A stretch of DNA of 64,000 nt from an uncultured delta proteobacterium. GTDB lineage: Bacteria > Myxococcota > UBA727 > VGSZ01. A program made the translations under genes and the position numbers. The DNA is taken from NCBI GenBank assembly GCA_963775425.1, contig CAVZJB010000009.1, positions 172,485 to 236,484 on the forward strand. Direction: 5' to 3'. This document shows positions 9,867 to 19,129 of this stretch, one piece after another (position 1 is the first letter of the stretch; each line of letters starts with the position of its first letter). The notes beneath the pieces are model-generated. The model did no database searches. It was not told where the DNA came from and saw only the letters and a program-made list of their open reading frames with translations.

Positions 9867-11168
9867 ATGGCGTCGATAAGCGGCGACGTGTCCCTGATGC
9901 CCATTGGCGATCTGATCATCTGGATCGCCAACCGAGCGTTGAGCGGCACGTTCATGGTGAAGAAGCGTGGGGTCGAGTCGCGGTTCGTGATCCGCGACGG
10001 CAAGCTGTGGCAGGCGGCGTCGTTGGATCCGCGCGAGTACCTCGGCCAGCACCTCATCAACTTCGGCTACATCAGCGAAGAGCAGCTCCAGAAGGCGTTC
10101 GACACGCAGCAGGAGACGCACGTCCCCCTCGGCCGCGTCCTCGTCATGGTCGAGGCGGTGAACCAGGAGCAGCTCGACCGCGTGCTGTTGTTCAAGACGC
10201 GCGAGAGCATGCTCGAGACCATGAGCTGGACCGAGGGCGCCTTCAAGCTCGTCGACGAGGTCCCCGAGACCCGAGAGCTCGACACCACGGTCCCCGTCGA
10301 CCTCCACGAGGCGCACAGCGAGGCGCTCGCCCGGGCCTCGATGTGGAACGAGATCAGGAACGTGTTCCCGTCCGACGCCACGCGCGCCGAGGTGCTCGTC
10401 GACGCCGCGCGGCTCAGCGGCTTCGACAAGAAGCTCGTGATGCTCATGCTGTCCGGCCGCTCCATCGGCGAGGCCAGCCTCGAGCTGCGCTCGATGGACT
10501 TCCAGACCTACGCGCGCCTGTACGACCTCTACAACCGCGGCGCCGTGCGTCCACGGCTGGCGTCGAGCACCGTGCAGACGATGCCCGCGAGCATCCCTGC
10601 GCCGCGGGCGGCCACGCCGATGCCGTTCCGCTCCGACGTCCCGCGCACGAAGACGCCCGAAGGCCAGCGTCCGCCGGCGCAGCCGACGCAGCCGTCGTCG
10701 GCGCACGCCCAGGGCGCGGGGATCGGCGGCTACGTGCTGGTGCGGCCCGAGAAGCCCGAGGAGGCGCCCGGCGTGTTGGTGCCGCCGGAGGCGTCGGACC
10801 CGCAGGCGGCGCTGCGGGTGGCGCTCGCGGGCCGCAGTTGGTCGGATGCCCTGTTGTTGTCCCAGCGCATCCTCGAGCTCGACCCGTTGAACTCCGAGGC
10901 CATCGCGGCCTGGCGGGTCGCCGAGGCGCAGCTCAAGAAGGCGCCCGCCGGCGCCGCGGTGGACATGCGGCAGGTGCCGCGGCTGGCCATGCCGCGCGAG
11001 CAGGTCGCGCTCACCCACCTCACGTCCAAGGAGCGCTACGTCCTGTCGCGCGTGGACGGTCGTCGGTCCCTCCAGCAGATCGCCGCCGTCAGCCCCATCC
11101 AGAAAGACGAGCTCGTGCGCATCGTCAACGCATTCGTGAGCCGCGCCGTGCTCAAATTCGAATCATGA
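9867..11168 (+). CDS. DUF4388 domain-containing protein
   Basis: N-terminal SLMPIGDLIIWIANRALSGTFMVKKRGVESRFVIRDGKL is a classic DUF4388 motif. A second similar segment near the C-terminus (THLTSKERYVLSRVDGRRSLQQIA). ATG at 9867. Confidence 0.7.
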   Translation: MASISGDVSLMPIGDLIIWIANRALSGTFMVKKRGVESRFVIRDGKLWQAASLDPREYLGQHLINFGYISEEQLQKAFDTQQETHVPLGRVLVMVEAVNQEQLDRVLLFKTRESMLETMSWTEGAFKLVDEVPETRELDTTVPVDLHEAHSEALARASMWNEIRNVFPSDATRAEVLVDAARLSGFDKKLVMLMLSGRSIGEASLELRSMDFQTYARLYDLYNRGAVRPRLASSTVQTMPASIPAPRAATPMPFRSDVPRTKTPEGQRPPAQPTQPSSAHAQGAGIGGYVLVRPEKPEEAPGVLVPPEASDPQAALRVALAGRSWSDALLLSQRILELDPLNSEAIAAWRVAEAQLKKAPAGAAVDMRQVPRLAMPREQVALTHLTSKERYVLSRVDGRRSLQQIAAVSPIQKDELVRIVNAFVSRAVLKFES

Positions 11169-11737
11169 GCTCGCGCCTCGCCCTGTCCCTCGCCGTCCTC
11201 GGCTGCGCCGCCGCGGGCTGCGGGATCAACGTGCAGCCCATCGAGGCGTACGACGTCGTCCTCCAGCCCACGCAGGACTGCACGCTCACCGGCTCCACCT
11301 CGCGCGACTGCACCGATGACGCCGACCTCGCCGCGCAGCAGACCAAGGGGCGCTGGGTGTTCGAGGCCGGGCCGGCGGAGAGCTTCACGCTCACCACGGA
11401 GGAGGGCTTCACGCTCCCGGGCATCTACTTCCCCGACGACGCCACGGTGCTGAACGAGGCGCCTTGCATCGGCACCGACGGCTCGTCGCTCTGCTACTTC
11501 GCCCGGCGCAAATTCGAGTCCAGCGACGACCGCAACAACGGCTGCACGACGTTCGGCGAGCTCGTGGCCATCCTGCTGCGCACCGACGCCGAGACCTTCA
11601 GCGGCGTCGTCTCCGACACCGCCGGCACCGACCAGAACTGCGGCACCTCCACGGTGGTCCAACGCATCAACGCCGTGAGCGGCAAGCTGTCGGCGGAGCC
11701 GTCGCTGGCTCGGCAGGAAGCGGCGGCGGCACCATGA
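11165..11737 (+). CDS. Cys-rich lipoprotein, paralog 1 of 3
   Basis: ATG at 11165 overlaps the upstream stop (ATGA). Lipobox LGCAAAGC. 8 Cys. Found by reading the C-terminal part of track ORF 10007..11737. Confidence 0.6.
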   Translation: MSSRLALSLAVLGCAAAGCGINVQPIEAYDVVLQPTQDCTLTGSTSRDCTDDADLAAQQTKGRWVFEAGPAESFTLTTEEGFTLPGIYFPDDATVLNEAPCIGTDGSSLCYFARRKFESSDDRNNGCTTFGELVAILLRTDAETFSGVVSDTAGTDQNCGTSTVVQRINAVSGKLSAEPSLARQEAAAAP

Positions 11738-12243
11738 CGAGCACCGCCGTGGAACGCGCCGTCAAGACGGCCTGCGTCGTCGCGGGGCTCGGCTGCGCGC
11801 TGGGGGCCGCCGGCTGCCGCCTCGACCAGTTCAACTTCTACGACGTCACCCGCACGCCCACCGAGGAGTGCGACATCCTGCCCGAGGGCGAGTTCTGCGA
11901 TCCGGACGCGCTGTCGCCGCCGACGACGGAGACGTGGTCGGTGGAGCGCGTCGACAATGTCGTGCGCGTGTACGTCGACGAAGAGGTCTGGGTGGCGAGC
12001 CCGCCCGGCAACAAGGACGACCCGAACCTCGTGAAAGCCTCCAAGCTCGAGGTCGACACGCGCGATCCGGGGGGCTGCACCAACACCATCACGCGCGACT
12101 TCCAGGTGCTCGCCACCGACGCCGACATCACCGGCCAGCTCCACGAAAAGACGCGCCTCGTCGGCGGGCAGGAGTGCGGCGACACGCCGCGCGGCCTGCG
12201 CACCACCGCGCGCATCGACGGAACCATCGCGGGGGCCCCCTGA
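11734..12243 (+). CDS. Cys-rich lipoprotein, paralog 2 of 3
   Basis: ATG at 11734 (ATGA overlap). Lipobox ALGAAGC. Architecture similar to its neighbours. Confidence 0.6.
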   Translation: MTSTAVERAVKTACVVAGLGCALGAAGCRLDQFNFYDVTRTPTEECDILPEGEFCDPDALSPPTTETWSVERVDNVVRVYVDEEVWVASPPGNKDDPNLVKASKLEVDTRDPGGCTNTITRDFQVLATDADITGQLHEKTRLVGGQECGDTPRGLRTTARIDGTIAGAP

Positions 12244-12788
12244 TGCGTGCCCCCACGTGCGTGCCGGCGCTCGCTGCGCTCCTCGTCGGAGGTGGCCTGG
12301 CGGGGTGTGGGCCCGACAGGATCGACGCCACCTTCACGAGCCGCGTGGTGCAGCACGAGACCTGCAAGACCGTCGGCGACCACCCGCAGGTGTGCACGCG
12401 CGAGGAGTCCGTCACCGACGAGCGCGTCCGCCTCGTCGAGCGCGACGACCAGAACGTCTGGCTGTACGGCATCCCGCGCAACGGGGTCTCCGACCGCGCC
12501 ATCCTCGGCACGCGTGACAGCGCCGGCGGCTACCTCTTCGTGGACCAGGTGGTGCAGGAAAACAGCTCCAGCACCTGCACGCTCACCGACCGCCTCGAGA
12601 TCTCCATCAGCGTCGACCCGGACGCCTCCACCGACAAGATCGGCAGCGACCCGTGCATCTCCCTGCTCGGGCGCGAGAACGAGTCCACGGACAGCTCTCC
12701 CGGTTGCGACAACGTCGACGAGCCCCCGGTGAAGACCGTCCTCGTCGCCAACCGCCGCTGGGAAAAGCCCCTCGACTGCTCCCCGTAG
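12243..12788 (+). CDS. Cys-rich lipoprotein, paralog 3 of 3
   Basis: ATG at 12243 (TGATG overlap). Lipobox GGLAGC. Conserved Cys pattern. Confidence 0.6.
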   Translation: MRAPTCVPALAALLVGGGLAGCGPDRIDATFTSRVVQHETCKTVGDHPQVCTREESVTDERVRLVERDDQNVWLYGIPRNGVSDRAILGTRDSAGGYLFVDQVVQENSSSTCTLTDRLEISISVDPDASTDKIGSDPCISLLGRENESTDSSPGCDNVDEPPVKTVLVANRRWEKPLDCSP

Positions 12789-12822
12789 CAGTGTCCGGGC
12801 GCCCGTGCCGATCGCCCGCTGT

Positions 12823-15678
12823 TCAGTCGCCGGAGGCGTCGAGCACGCTCTGCAGGAACGCCTCGGGCGACGAGAAGATCACGTTCGCGCTGCAGGCGGC
12901 GTCGCCGCTGAAGGCGCCGGCGTCGCGCTCGACGGTGAGCACGCCGCCGTCGTAGGCGATGCGGGAGACGCCCGACTGCGCCGCGGCGCCGGCGTCGACG
13001 TCGAGCTCCAGGGCCCACGGGCCGCCTGCGTCCATCCCGGGGTGATCGAAGGCGTAGCCGGTGTGGATGACGCTCCGGCGCTGGCCGGCGGTGGCGCCGA
13101 GATCGGGCACGTCGTCGAGGAAGTCCACGACCGCGAACGACGTGAACGGCGCGTCGTCGTAGCCGAGGTCCGGCGGCAGGAGCGGATCGGTGAACGCCTC
13201 GGTGACCGTCACCCGCAACGCGCCGGCGTCGCAGGTGCGCTGCTCGACGCGGCGCGAGCGCGAGAGGATGTCCTTGGGGATGGGCATCGAGCGCACGAGG
13301 GCGGGCACGCGCACCGTGGACGGCTCGCTGGTGCGCGCCTGCTTGATCACCACGCGCGAGCCCCACACGTTGCCGTTCGCGAGCTCGGGCCATCCGTCGG
13401 CGACCTCGCGCAGCTCGAAGTTGATGGTGAGCTCCCGGCGCTGCTGCGCGAGCGGCAGCGCGGCGTTCTCGATGCCCTTCCAGTACTCCGCCACCTGCCG
13501 GGTCTCGTCGAAGACGCGCGCGAGCTGATCGTCGGTCAACACCCACGAGCCCTCGGGCAGGAGCGTGGAGCCGCGCACGCGGGTGAGGGCGGTGGTGCCG
13601 TCGTCGTGGAGCACGATGCGATCGACCTCGGGGAGGTTCGGATCGCCGGCCGGCGGGTTGGTGACGCTGAGCGCGCCCTCCTGGGCGTTCACCTCGAGGA
13701 CGGCGGCGCCGTCGGGGTGTCCGGGCGGCAGGATGGTGTAGAGCATCACGCCGTTTCCGATCTCCTTCGAGTCCTGGAAGTTGGCGTGGCACGCGCAGCC
13801 CATGGCGCCCGAGAGGTGGTCGACGTTGGCGAGCTTCCGCTCTTCGAAGCCCTCGACGTCCCAGTACGACGCCCACGTCTCCTTCACGGCGTGCTCGATG
13901 GTCTTTTCGTGCTTGCCGCCGCTCAAGCGGTCCGCGTGGAGGTAGCCGGTGTTGGAGGTGTAGAGCCCGGCGCCGTTGAAGCCCTCGGCGTCCTCGACGT
14001 TCGATGACGAGCGGAAGCGGATGCCCTGCCCGTCGGCGTAGCCGCCGAAGTGATCCTCGACCATGGCGGTGATGGCGGCGAGCGCAACCGGATCCATGGG
14101 CTTGTTGCGGATGAGCCCCATGATGCCGCCCTGCTCGATGACGGTGCGCAGCAGGTCGTCGGGCGCGCGTGAGTCGAGGAGCTGCTGCGGGAAGTCCGGG
14201 CGCTCGGGGTGGCGTGTGTTCCAGCCGTCGACGCCTTCGAGGCCGAGGACGCGCACGTTGGCGTCGGCGGCGAATTGCGGGTCGGCGAGCACGGCCTCGA
14301 TGGTGGGCTTGAGATCGGCGATGTGCTCGACGTAGCCGCGCACGGAGACGGCGAAGGGTCGGTCGGGCGTGTCGATGTCCTCCTGGTCGAGGAGCGCGAG
14401 GAAGCCGCTGGCCTTGCCGCCGAGGATCGGGCGCCAGTGCGCCTCGTCGGCGAAGTCGAGGTCGGTGAGGTCGTAGGCGTAGTCGATGGTGCTGACGTCG
14501 ACGGGCGGCGCGGAGCTCGGCGGCACCACGCTGAGCGCGCGGTATTGGGCGAACTGCGCCTCCGTCATGGCGACGAGCCGCAAGCGATCCGGCGCGAGCG
14601 CCTCGAGGACCACCGGGGCGCGCACGCGCGCGAGCTGGTCGAGCCCCGGGTCGTCGAGGATGCCGGCCTGGAAGGCGTTGGGGATGCCGCGGTTCTTGGC
14701 GAGCAGGTTGATGTGCGACAGCGCCGTCTGCGGGACGGCGGTGACGAGGCCCGTGCACTGCGGCAGGAAGTCGACGAGGTCTTCGCTGACGAGCACGTCG
14801 GTGGAGCGCGCGTCCTGGAAGTTCTCGCCGGCGTGGACCACGCGCAGCCGGCCGGCGACGAGGCCGTCGTTGTAGACCTCCGTCTGCCCGGGGACGGTGA
14901 CGTCGCTGTAGTGGATGAAGCGGGCCGCGAGCGGATCACCGTCGGCGACGAGCTGCTGCAGGAGCTCCTCGTGCTGCGGCGAGCGCACGAGCATCTTGAG
15001 GTTGTCGCCGACCTCGGGCGGGAGCGAGGGCTCGACCATCGCGAACATGTCGACGAGCTCGGCCTTGCTCAAGACGTGCTGGTACTCGAGCTCGATGGCC
15101 CAGGTCTCCGGGACCGTGTCGCGCGCGTCGAAGTGAAGCACGGTGCCGATGCCCATGGTCTTCGGCGTGTCGAACAACGAGAGGTTGTAGAAGTGCGGCG
15201 AGTAGAGCCGGTGGTCGCCGACGAACGCCAGGTCGAGCGGCAGGGGGCGCTGCGCGATGACCTCGCCGTCGGCCCACGACACGATGTCGGCGACGCTCGC
15301 GAAGGAGCGGCCGACGTTCACCGGCGCGATGTCGTCGACGCCGTCGACGACGTGGCCGTTCATGAGGCGAAACCAGTACCACTCGTCGTGCAGGCCGTAC
15401 GCGTCGGAGGCGAGCCAGCGCAGGTTCTCACCGGGCTGCATGAAGCGCGTGATGACGAACTTCACCGCGGTGCTCGACGCCGACGGCGCCGCCACGGCCT
15501 CGAAGTCGTCGAAGGTGGCGAGCGCGCGAACGGTGTGATCGTCGAAGCCGTCGCCCTCGCCTTCCCCCTCGCCCTCGCCCTCGCCTTCGCCCGGGTGCGT
15601 GCCCGGGCAGGCCATGAGACCTGCAGGCAGCAGCAGCAGCAGGGCCAAGCCCCCGATCTTCTTCACGACACCCATCAT
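12823..15678 (-). CDS. Large lipoprotein with PEP-utilising-enzyme mobile (His) domain and a pyruvate-phosphate-dikinase PEP/pyruvate-binding-like domain
   Basis: ATG ATG at 15678 (rc). Lipobox LMAC followed by GEGEGEGEGEGEGDG. TALSHINLLAKNRGIPNAFQAGI matches the PEP-utilisers phospho-His motif. GGKASGFLAL is PPDK_N-like. About 951 aa. Track ORF 12823..15969. Confidence 0.6.
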   Translation of the reverse strand: MMGVVKKIGGLALLLLLPAGLMACPGTHPGEGEGEGEGEGEGDGFDDHTVRALATFDDFEAVAAPSASSTAVKFVITRFMQPGENLRWLASDAYGLHDEWYWFRLMNGHVVDGVDDIAPVNVGRSFASVADIVSWADGEVIAQRPLPLDLAFVGDHRLYSPHFYNLSLFDTPKTMGIGTVLHFDARDTVPETWAIELEYQHVLSKAELVDMFAMVEPSLPPEVGDNLKMLVRSPQHEELLQQLVADGDPLAARFIHYSDVTVPGQTEVYNDGLVAGRLRVVHAGENFQDARSTDVLVSEDLVDFLPQCTGLVTAVPQTALSHINLLAKNRGIPNAFQAGILDDPGLDQLARVRAPVVLEALAPDRLRLVAMTEAQFAQYRALSVVPPSSAPPVDVSTIDYAYDLTDLDFADEAHWRPILGGKASGFLALLDQEDIDTPDRPFAVSVRGYVEHIADLKPTIEAVLADPQFAADANVRVLGLEGVDGWNTRHPERPDFPQQLLDSRAPDDLLRTVIEQGGIMGLIRNKPMDPVALAAITAMVEDHFGGYADGQGIRFRSSSNVEDAEGFNGAGLYTSNTGYLHADRLSGGKHEKTIEHAVKETWASYWDVEGFEERKLANVDHLSGAMGCACHANFQDSKEIGNGVMLYTILPPGHPDGAAVLEVNAQEGALSVTNPPAGDPNLPEVDRIVLHDDGTTALTRVRGSTLLPEGSWVLTDDQLARVFDETRQVAEYWKGIENAALPLAQQRRELTINFELREVADGWPELANGNVWGSRVVIKQARTSEPSTVRVPALVRSMPIPKDILSRSRRVEQRTCDAGALRVTVTEAFTDPLLPPDLGYDDAPFTSFAVVDFLDDVPDLGATAGQRRSVIHTGYAFDHPGMDAGGPWALELDVDAGAAAQSGVSRIAYDGGVLTVERDAGAFSGDAACSANVIFSSPEAFLQSVLDASGD

Positions 15679-15761
15679 GACCCCGCCGGTGTGCAGCCGC
15701 CATGCCCGAGCGATCGGACCGAGCCACGCCGCGTAACGTGATCCATCGGGATCCGCGTCAT

Positions 15762-16105
15762 CGAGTGGACCGTTGATCCGAGCCACCCGGAAGCGGACGG
15801 TGCTACGGCCACACGGCGGAGCGGAAAGGAGCTCCGAGCTCGGCGACGAAGACGCGCGCCGAGTTGAGCGCCGGGGCGCCGAGCTCTCCGCTCCTTTCCG
15901 CTCGCCTGAAGTCCGCGCCGACGTCGCATCGAGGCACGAACCCTGTACGTGCGCTGATAGCGGGATCACAACACCGCTCGGACCCGCCGTTTCCTCACAA
16001 CCTGCAGCGGTTCTTGCGCGCCGACGTGCCTCGCCACGTACTCCGCGCGGCGAGCCACCCTTCGCCGAGTGCTGCTGCGAGCCTTATTTTTCGTCAGCCT
16101 TCAGT
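15762..16105 (+). mobile_element. MITE-like intergenic repeat, copy B
   Basis: Shares a 5-prime block of about 120 bp (including the imperfect palindrome ggagcggaaaggagctccgagctcggcg ... cgccgagctctccgctcctttccgctc) and a 3-prime block of about 105 bp with copy C. The terminal tcag overlaps the TGA stop of the minus gene 16101..17144. Confidence 0.75.
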
Positions 16106-17144
16106 TCGCGGCGCCGGGCGTCGGCGGATCGCGCGGACCCGCGGTGCCGGCGGCGCCGTCGGGGGAGAGGCCGGCGGACACGTCGGCGCCGGCGCCGTCG
16201 AGCGGCAGGTCGTCGGTGACGCTGCCGCAGTCGTCGACGAGGACGACGTCGTCGTCGGCGGCGCTCAGGAGGAAGCTCGCGTGCAGCGCTCCCTCGCCGG
16301 GCTCCTCGTCGGCGAAGATGACCAGGAAGCCGCCGGGGTCGAGCGCCTGCGCGGGGAGCGGCCACGCGCCGAGGCCGGCGGCGTTGTCCGCGAGGCGCAT
16401 CCCGCCGAGCGAGACCGCGGCGGCGCCCGCGTTGAACAGCTCGATCCAGGGCGCGTGCTCGCCGCCCTCGTCGGTGATGCCGGCGACGTTGTCGACGAGG
16501 GCCTCGTTGACGACCACGCCGTCGGGCGTCGTCGGCACGCAGTCGCCCTCGCCTTCTCCCTCGCCTTCGCCTTCTCCTTCGCCTTCGCCCGCGCCGTCGT
16601 TGGGCGCGCCGGGCGTGGGATGTGCGAGCACGGCGAAGGCTCCGTCGACGTCGGGGATGCGCCCGAAGCTCACGTCCGCGCCGAGCGCCGGCAGCGCGAC
16701 GTCGTCGACGATCTCGCCGGCGCTCCTCAACGTGACGTGATCGCCCGAGGCCGACAGCTTGAACGCGAAGTGCGGCTCGGCGGCGCTGCCCTGGCCGGGC
16801 TCGTCGTCGCAGAACACCACGAGGAAGCCGTGGGCCGGCACCACCGCGCCGAGGCTGAAGGGCTGCGGCCCGGAGCCGCTGTCCTCGAGGCTGAACGTCC
16901 CGAGCGCGATGTCCGCGTCGGTGCCGTTGGCGAGCTCGAGCCAATCGTCGAAGTCACCCGCGGCGTCGGCGACGGTCACATCGTTCTTGGACATCAGCTC
17001 ATTGACGGAGAGCGTCGCCGCCGTTCCCCCGTCGACGGGGCCGGGTCCGCCGTCCCCGACCGCGCCCGCGTCGGGACCCGTCGACGTTCTACCGACACAA
17101 CTGACGGCAAGCGCCAGCACCGAAAATGTGATGACGGAGCGCAC
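16101..17144 (-). CDS. Secreted protein with two lamin-tail domains (LTD) joined by a (GE)n linker
   Basis: Two LTD signatures (SVNELMSKND...DWLELANG and VVNEALVDN...WIELFNAG...LGGMRL) separated by GEGEGEGEGEGEGEGD. Probable GTG start at 17144 (MRSVITFSVLALAVSC lipobox). Start is uncertain because there is no in-frame ATG. Confidence 0.6.
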   Translation of the reverse strand: MRSVITFSVLALAVSCVGRTSTGPDAGAVGDGGPGPVDGGTAATLSVNELMSKNDVTVADAAGDFDDWLELANGTDADIALGTFSLEDSGSGPQPFSLGAVVPAHGFLVVFCDDEPGQGSAAEPHFAFKLSASGDHVTLRSAGEIVDDVALPALGADVSFGRIPDVDGAFAVLAHPTPGAPNDGAGEGEGEGEGEGEGEGDCVPTTPDGVVVNEALVDNVAGITDEGGEHAPWIELFNAGAAAVSLGGMRLADNAAGLGAWPLPAQALDPGGFLVIFADEEPGEGALHASFLLSAADDDVVLVDDCGSVTDDLPLDGAGADVSAGLSPDGAAGTAGPRDPPTPGAAN

Positions 17145-17228
17145 ACCGAAGATTAGCCCGCCGAGGAGGATCCCGCTCGTCGGTTGAAATTCGGCGGGAT
17201 ACAAGCGCGCGTCCCCTCGAGGTGTTTC

Positions 17229-18044
17229 ATGGGTTGGGCCGAATCCACGCTGTTCGAAGAGCGGTTGCCGGATCGGTTCCCCAAGCTCGTGAACCTCTAC
17301 GAGAAGGCCAAGCGGGACTTCTGGAACGAGTCCACGGCCATCGACTGGGACCAGCCCCTCACGCTGTCCACCGACGAGCGGCGCGCGCTCGCGCGCATCC
17401 TGAGCATCACCTACTACGGGGAGCGCGCGGCCATGACCATCGCCGGGCAGCTCGTCGCCAGCGTGCCCGACGAGGAGGCCCGGCAGGTGCTCGCCTGCCA
17501 GGTGATCGAGGAGGCCAAGCACGTCGGGGCGTTCCAGAAGCTGCTCAAGCGCCTCGACAAGATCTCGCCGCCCTCGTTCTTTGCCAAGAAGCTGCTCGTC
17601 GACCTCATCGAGACCGACGAGCCCGCGGCCAAGATGGTCGGCATGCACATGTTCGTCGAGAACATCGCCAACCACAGCTTCCATGCGCTCCACGACGCCA
17701 TCGAGGACCCCCTCGTGCGGCAGGTGCTCGACTACGTGGCCCGCGACGAGAAGAAGCACACCGCCATCGGCGTCCTCTATCTCCCCGCGCTCCTCAAGGC
17801 GCTGCCACGCCACAAGCTCGTGTGGCTGGAGATGAAGCAGGTGAAGTGGCTCGGCCTCGGCCTCGGCATGGTGAAGGACGGCTACGAGGACGCCCGCGTC
17901 CTCCAGATCGACCTCGCCTCCGCCGGCCAACGGGCGCTGCGCCAGCACTACCGGCTGCGGGAGCAGCTCGCGACCACCCGGGGCCTCATCGACGTCCCCG
18001 GCTTCGATCGCGTGATCGACCTGATCGGGCGTTGGGCCTCATAG
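17229..18044 (+). CDS. Ferritin-like diiron-carboxylate protein
   Basis: Two ExxH motifs (VIEEAKHV, ARDEKKHT) in helical context. Alternative ATG at 17184. Confidence 0.55.
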   Translation: MGWAESTLFEERLPDRFPKLVNLYEKAKRDFWNESTAIDWDQPLTLSTDERRALARILSITYYGERAAMTIAGQLVASVPDEEARQVLACQVIEEAKHVGAFQKLLKRLDKISPPSFFAKKLLVDLIETDEPAAKMVGMHMFVENIANHSFHALHDAIEDPLVRQVLDYVARDEKKHTAIGVLYLPALLKALPRHKLVWLEMKQVKWLGLGLGMVKDGYEDARVLQIDLASAGQRALRQHYRLREQLATTRGLIDVPGFDRVIDLIGRWAS

Positions 18045-18285
18045 CCGCGTGGCTGGAGCCCTCGGATCTGTGGTGAACATGCCGCAACCGTGGCGTTCTT
18101 ACCGCGGACCGAATTGTCCCGAATCTGGCGCGTTCGGCGCAAACCGTCGGGGTAAATTGACCGCACCCCCGCCTCCGCGATCGCGTCAACATGCAGTCTC
18201 GGGGTTGGCATGGAGGATGCTGTTGGCTGGCTCCACAGACAGCCGGCTGCGTTGACTTCCCCCCAGGTCGATCGGTTGTCTGTGG

Positions 18286-18342
18286 AAGGCCATCTGAAGC
18301 GGCGTCCCCCCCGTGCCGCAAAGATGGCCTTCGTTTTTTTTC
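18286..18342 (+). terminator. Rho-independent terminator-like hairpin with T9 tract
   Basis: aaggccatc (18286-18294) pairs with gatggcctt (18323-18331), with an inner gcggc/gccgc stem, followed by cg + TTTTTTTTT (18334-18342). 44 bp upstream of rph. Confidence 0.5.
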
Positions 18343-18385
18343 CGCGCCGGCGGCGTCCTGCTGTATCCGCGCCCTCGAGGTGACC

Positions 18386-19129
18386 ATGGCTCGCAAGGAC
18401 GGGCGCGCGGCGACGGAGCTGCGGCCGGTGAAATTCGACGTCGGGTTCGTGAAGCACCACGCAGGGAGCGTCCTGGTGAGCTTCGGGGACACGCGGGTGC
18501 TCTGCGTCGCCACCGCCGAGGATCGGGTGCCGCCCTTCCGCCTGGCCTCGGGCGGCGGCTGGGTCACGGCCGAGTACTCCATGCTCCCCGCCTCCACGCA
18601 TGAGCGAAAGCATCGGGAGATCTCCCGCGGCAAGGCCGACGCCCGCTCCGTCGAGATCCAGCGGCTCGTGGCGCGCGCGCTCAGGAACATCGTCGACATC
18701 GACGCCATCGGGCAGCGCTCCATCACCGTCGACTGCGACGTCCTTCAGGCCGACGGCGGCACGCGCACCGCCTCCATCACCGGCGGCTTCGTCGCCCTCG
18801 CGCTGTGCTTGAACGACCTGCAAAAGCGCGGCGTGTCCATGAAGGGCAAGAAGCTCAAGGACGTCCTGCGCGCGCAGGTGGCGGCGGTGTCGCTCGGCAT
18901 CCTCGGCGACGAGATCTTCACGGACCTCAACTACGGCGAAGACTCCAAGGCGGAGACCGACCTCAACCTCGTCGCCCGCAACGACGGCACCATCGTCGAG
19001 ATCCAGGGCACCGCCGAGGGCCACCCGATGAAGCGCGAGCAGCTCTTCGCCGTGGTCGACCAGGGCCTCGCCGCCGTGCGCGAGCTGTGCGCCAAGCAGA
19101 ACGAGGCCCTCGGGGGGATCCTCGGGTGA
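18386..19129 (+). CDS. rph: Ribonuclease PH
   Basis: MARKDGRAATELRPVKFDVGF ... full-length RNase PH homology, ATG at 18386. Confidence 0.93.
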   Translation: MARKDGRAATELRPVKFDVGFVKHHAGSVLVSFGDTRVLCVATAEDRVPPFRLASGGGWVTAEYSMLPASTHERKHREISRGKADARSVEIQRLVARALRNIVDIDAIGQRSITVDCDVLQADGGTRTASITGGFVALALCLNDLQKRGVSMKGKKLKDVLRAQVAAVSLGILGDEIFTDLNYGEDSKAETDLNLVARNDGTIVEIQGTAEGHPMKREQLFAVVDQGLAAVRELCAKQNEALGGILG

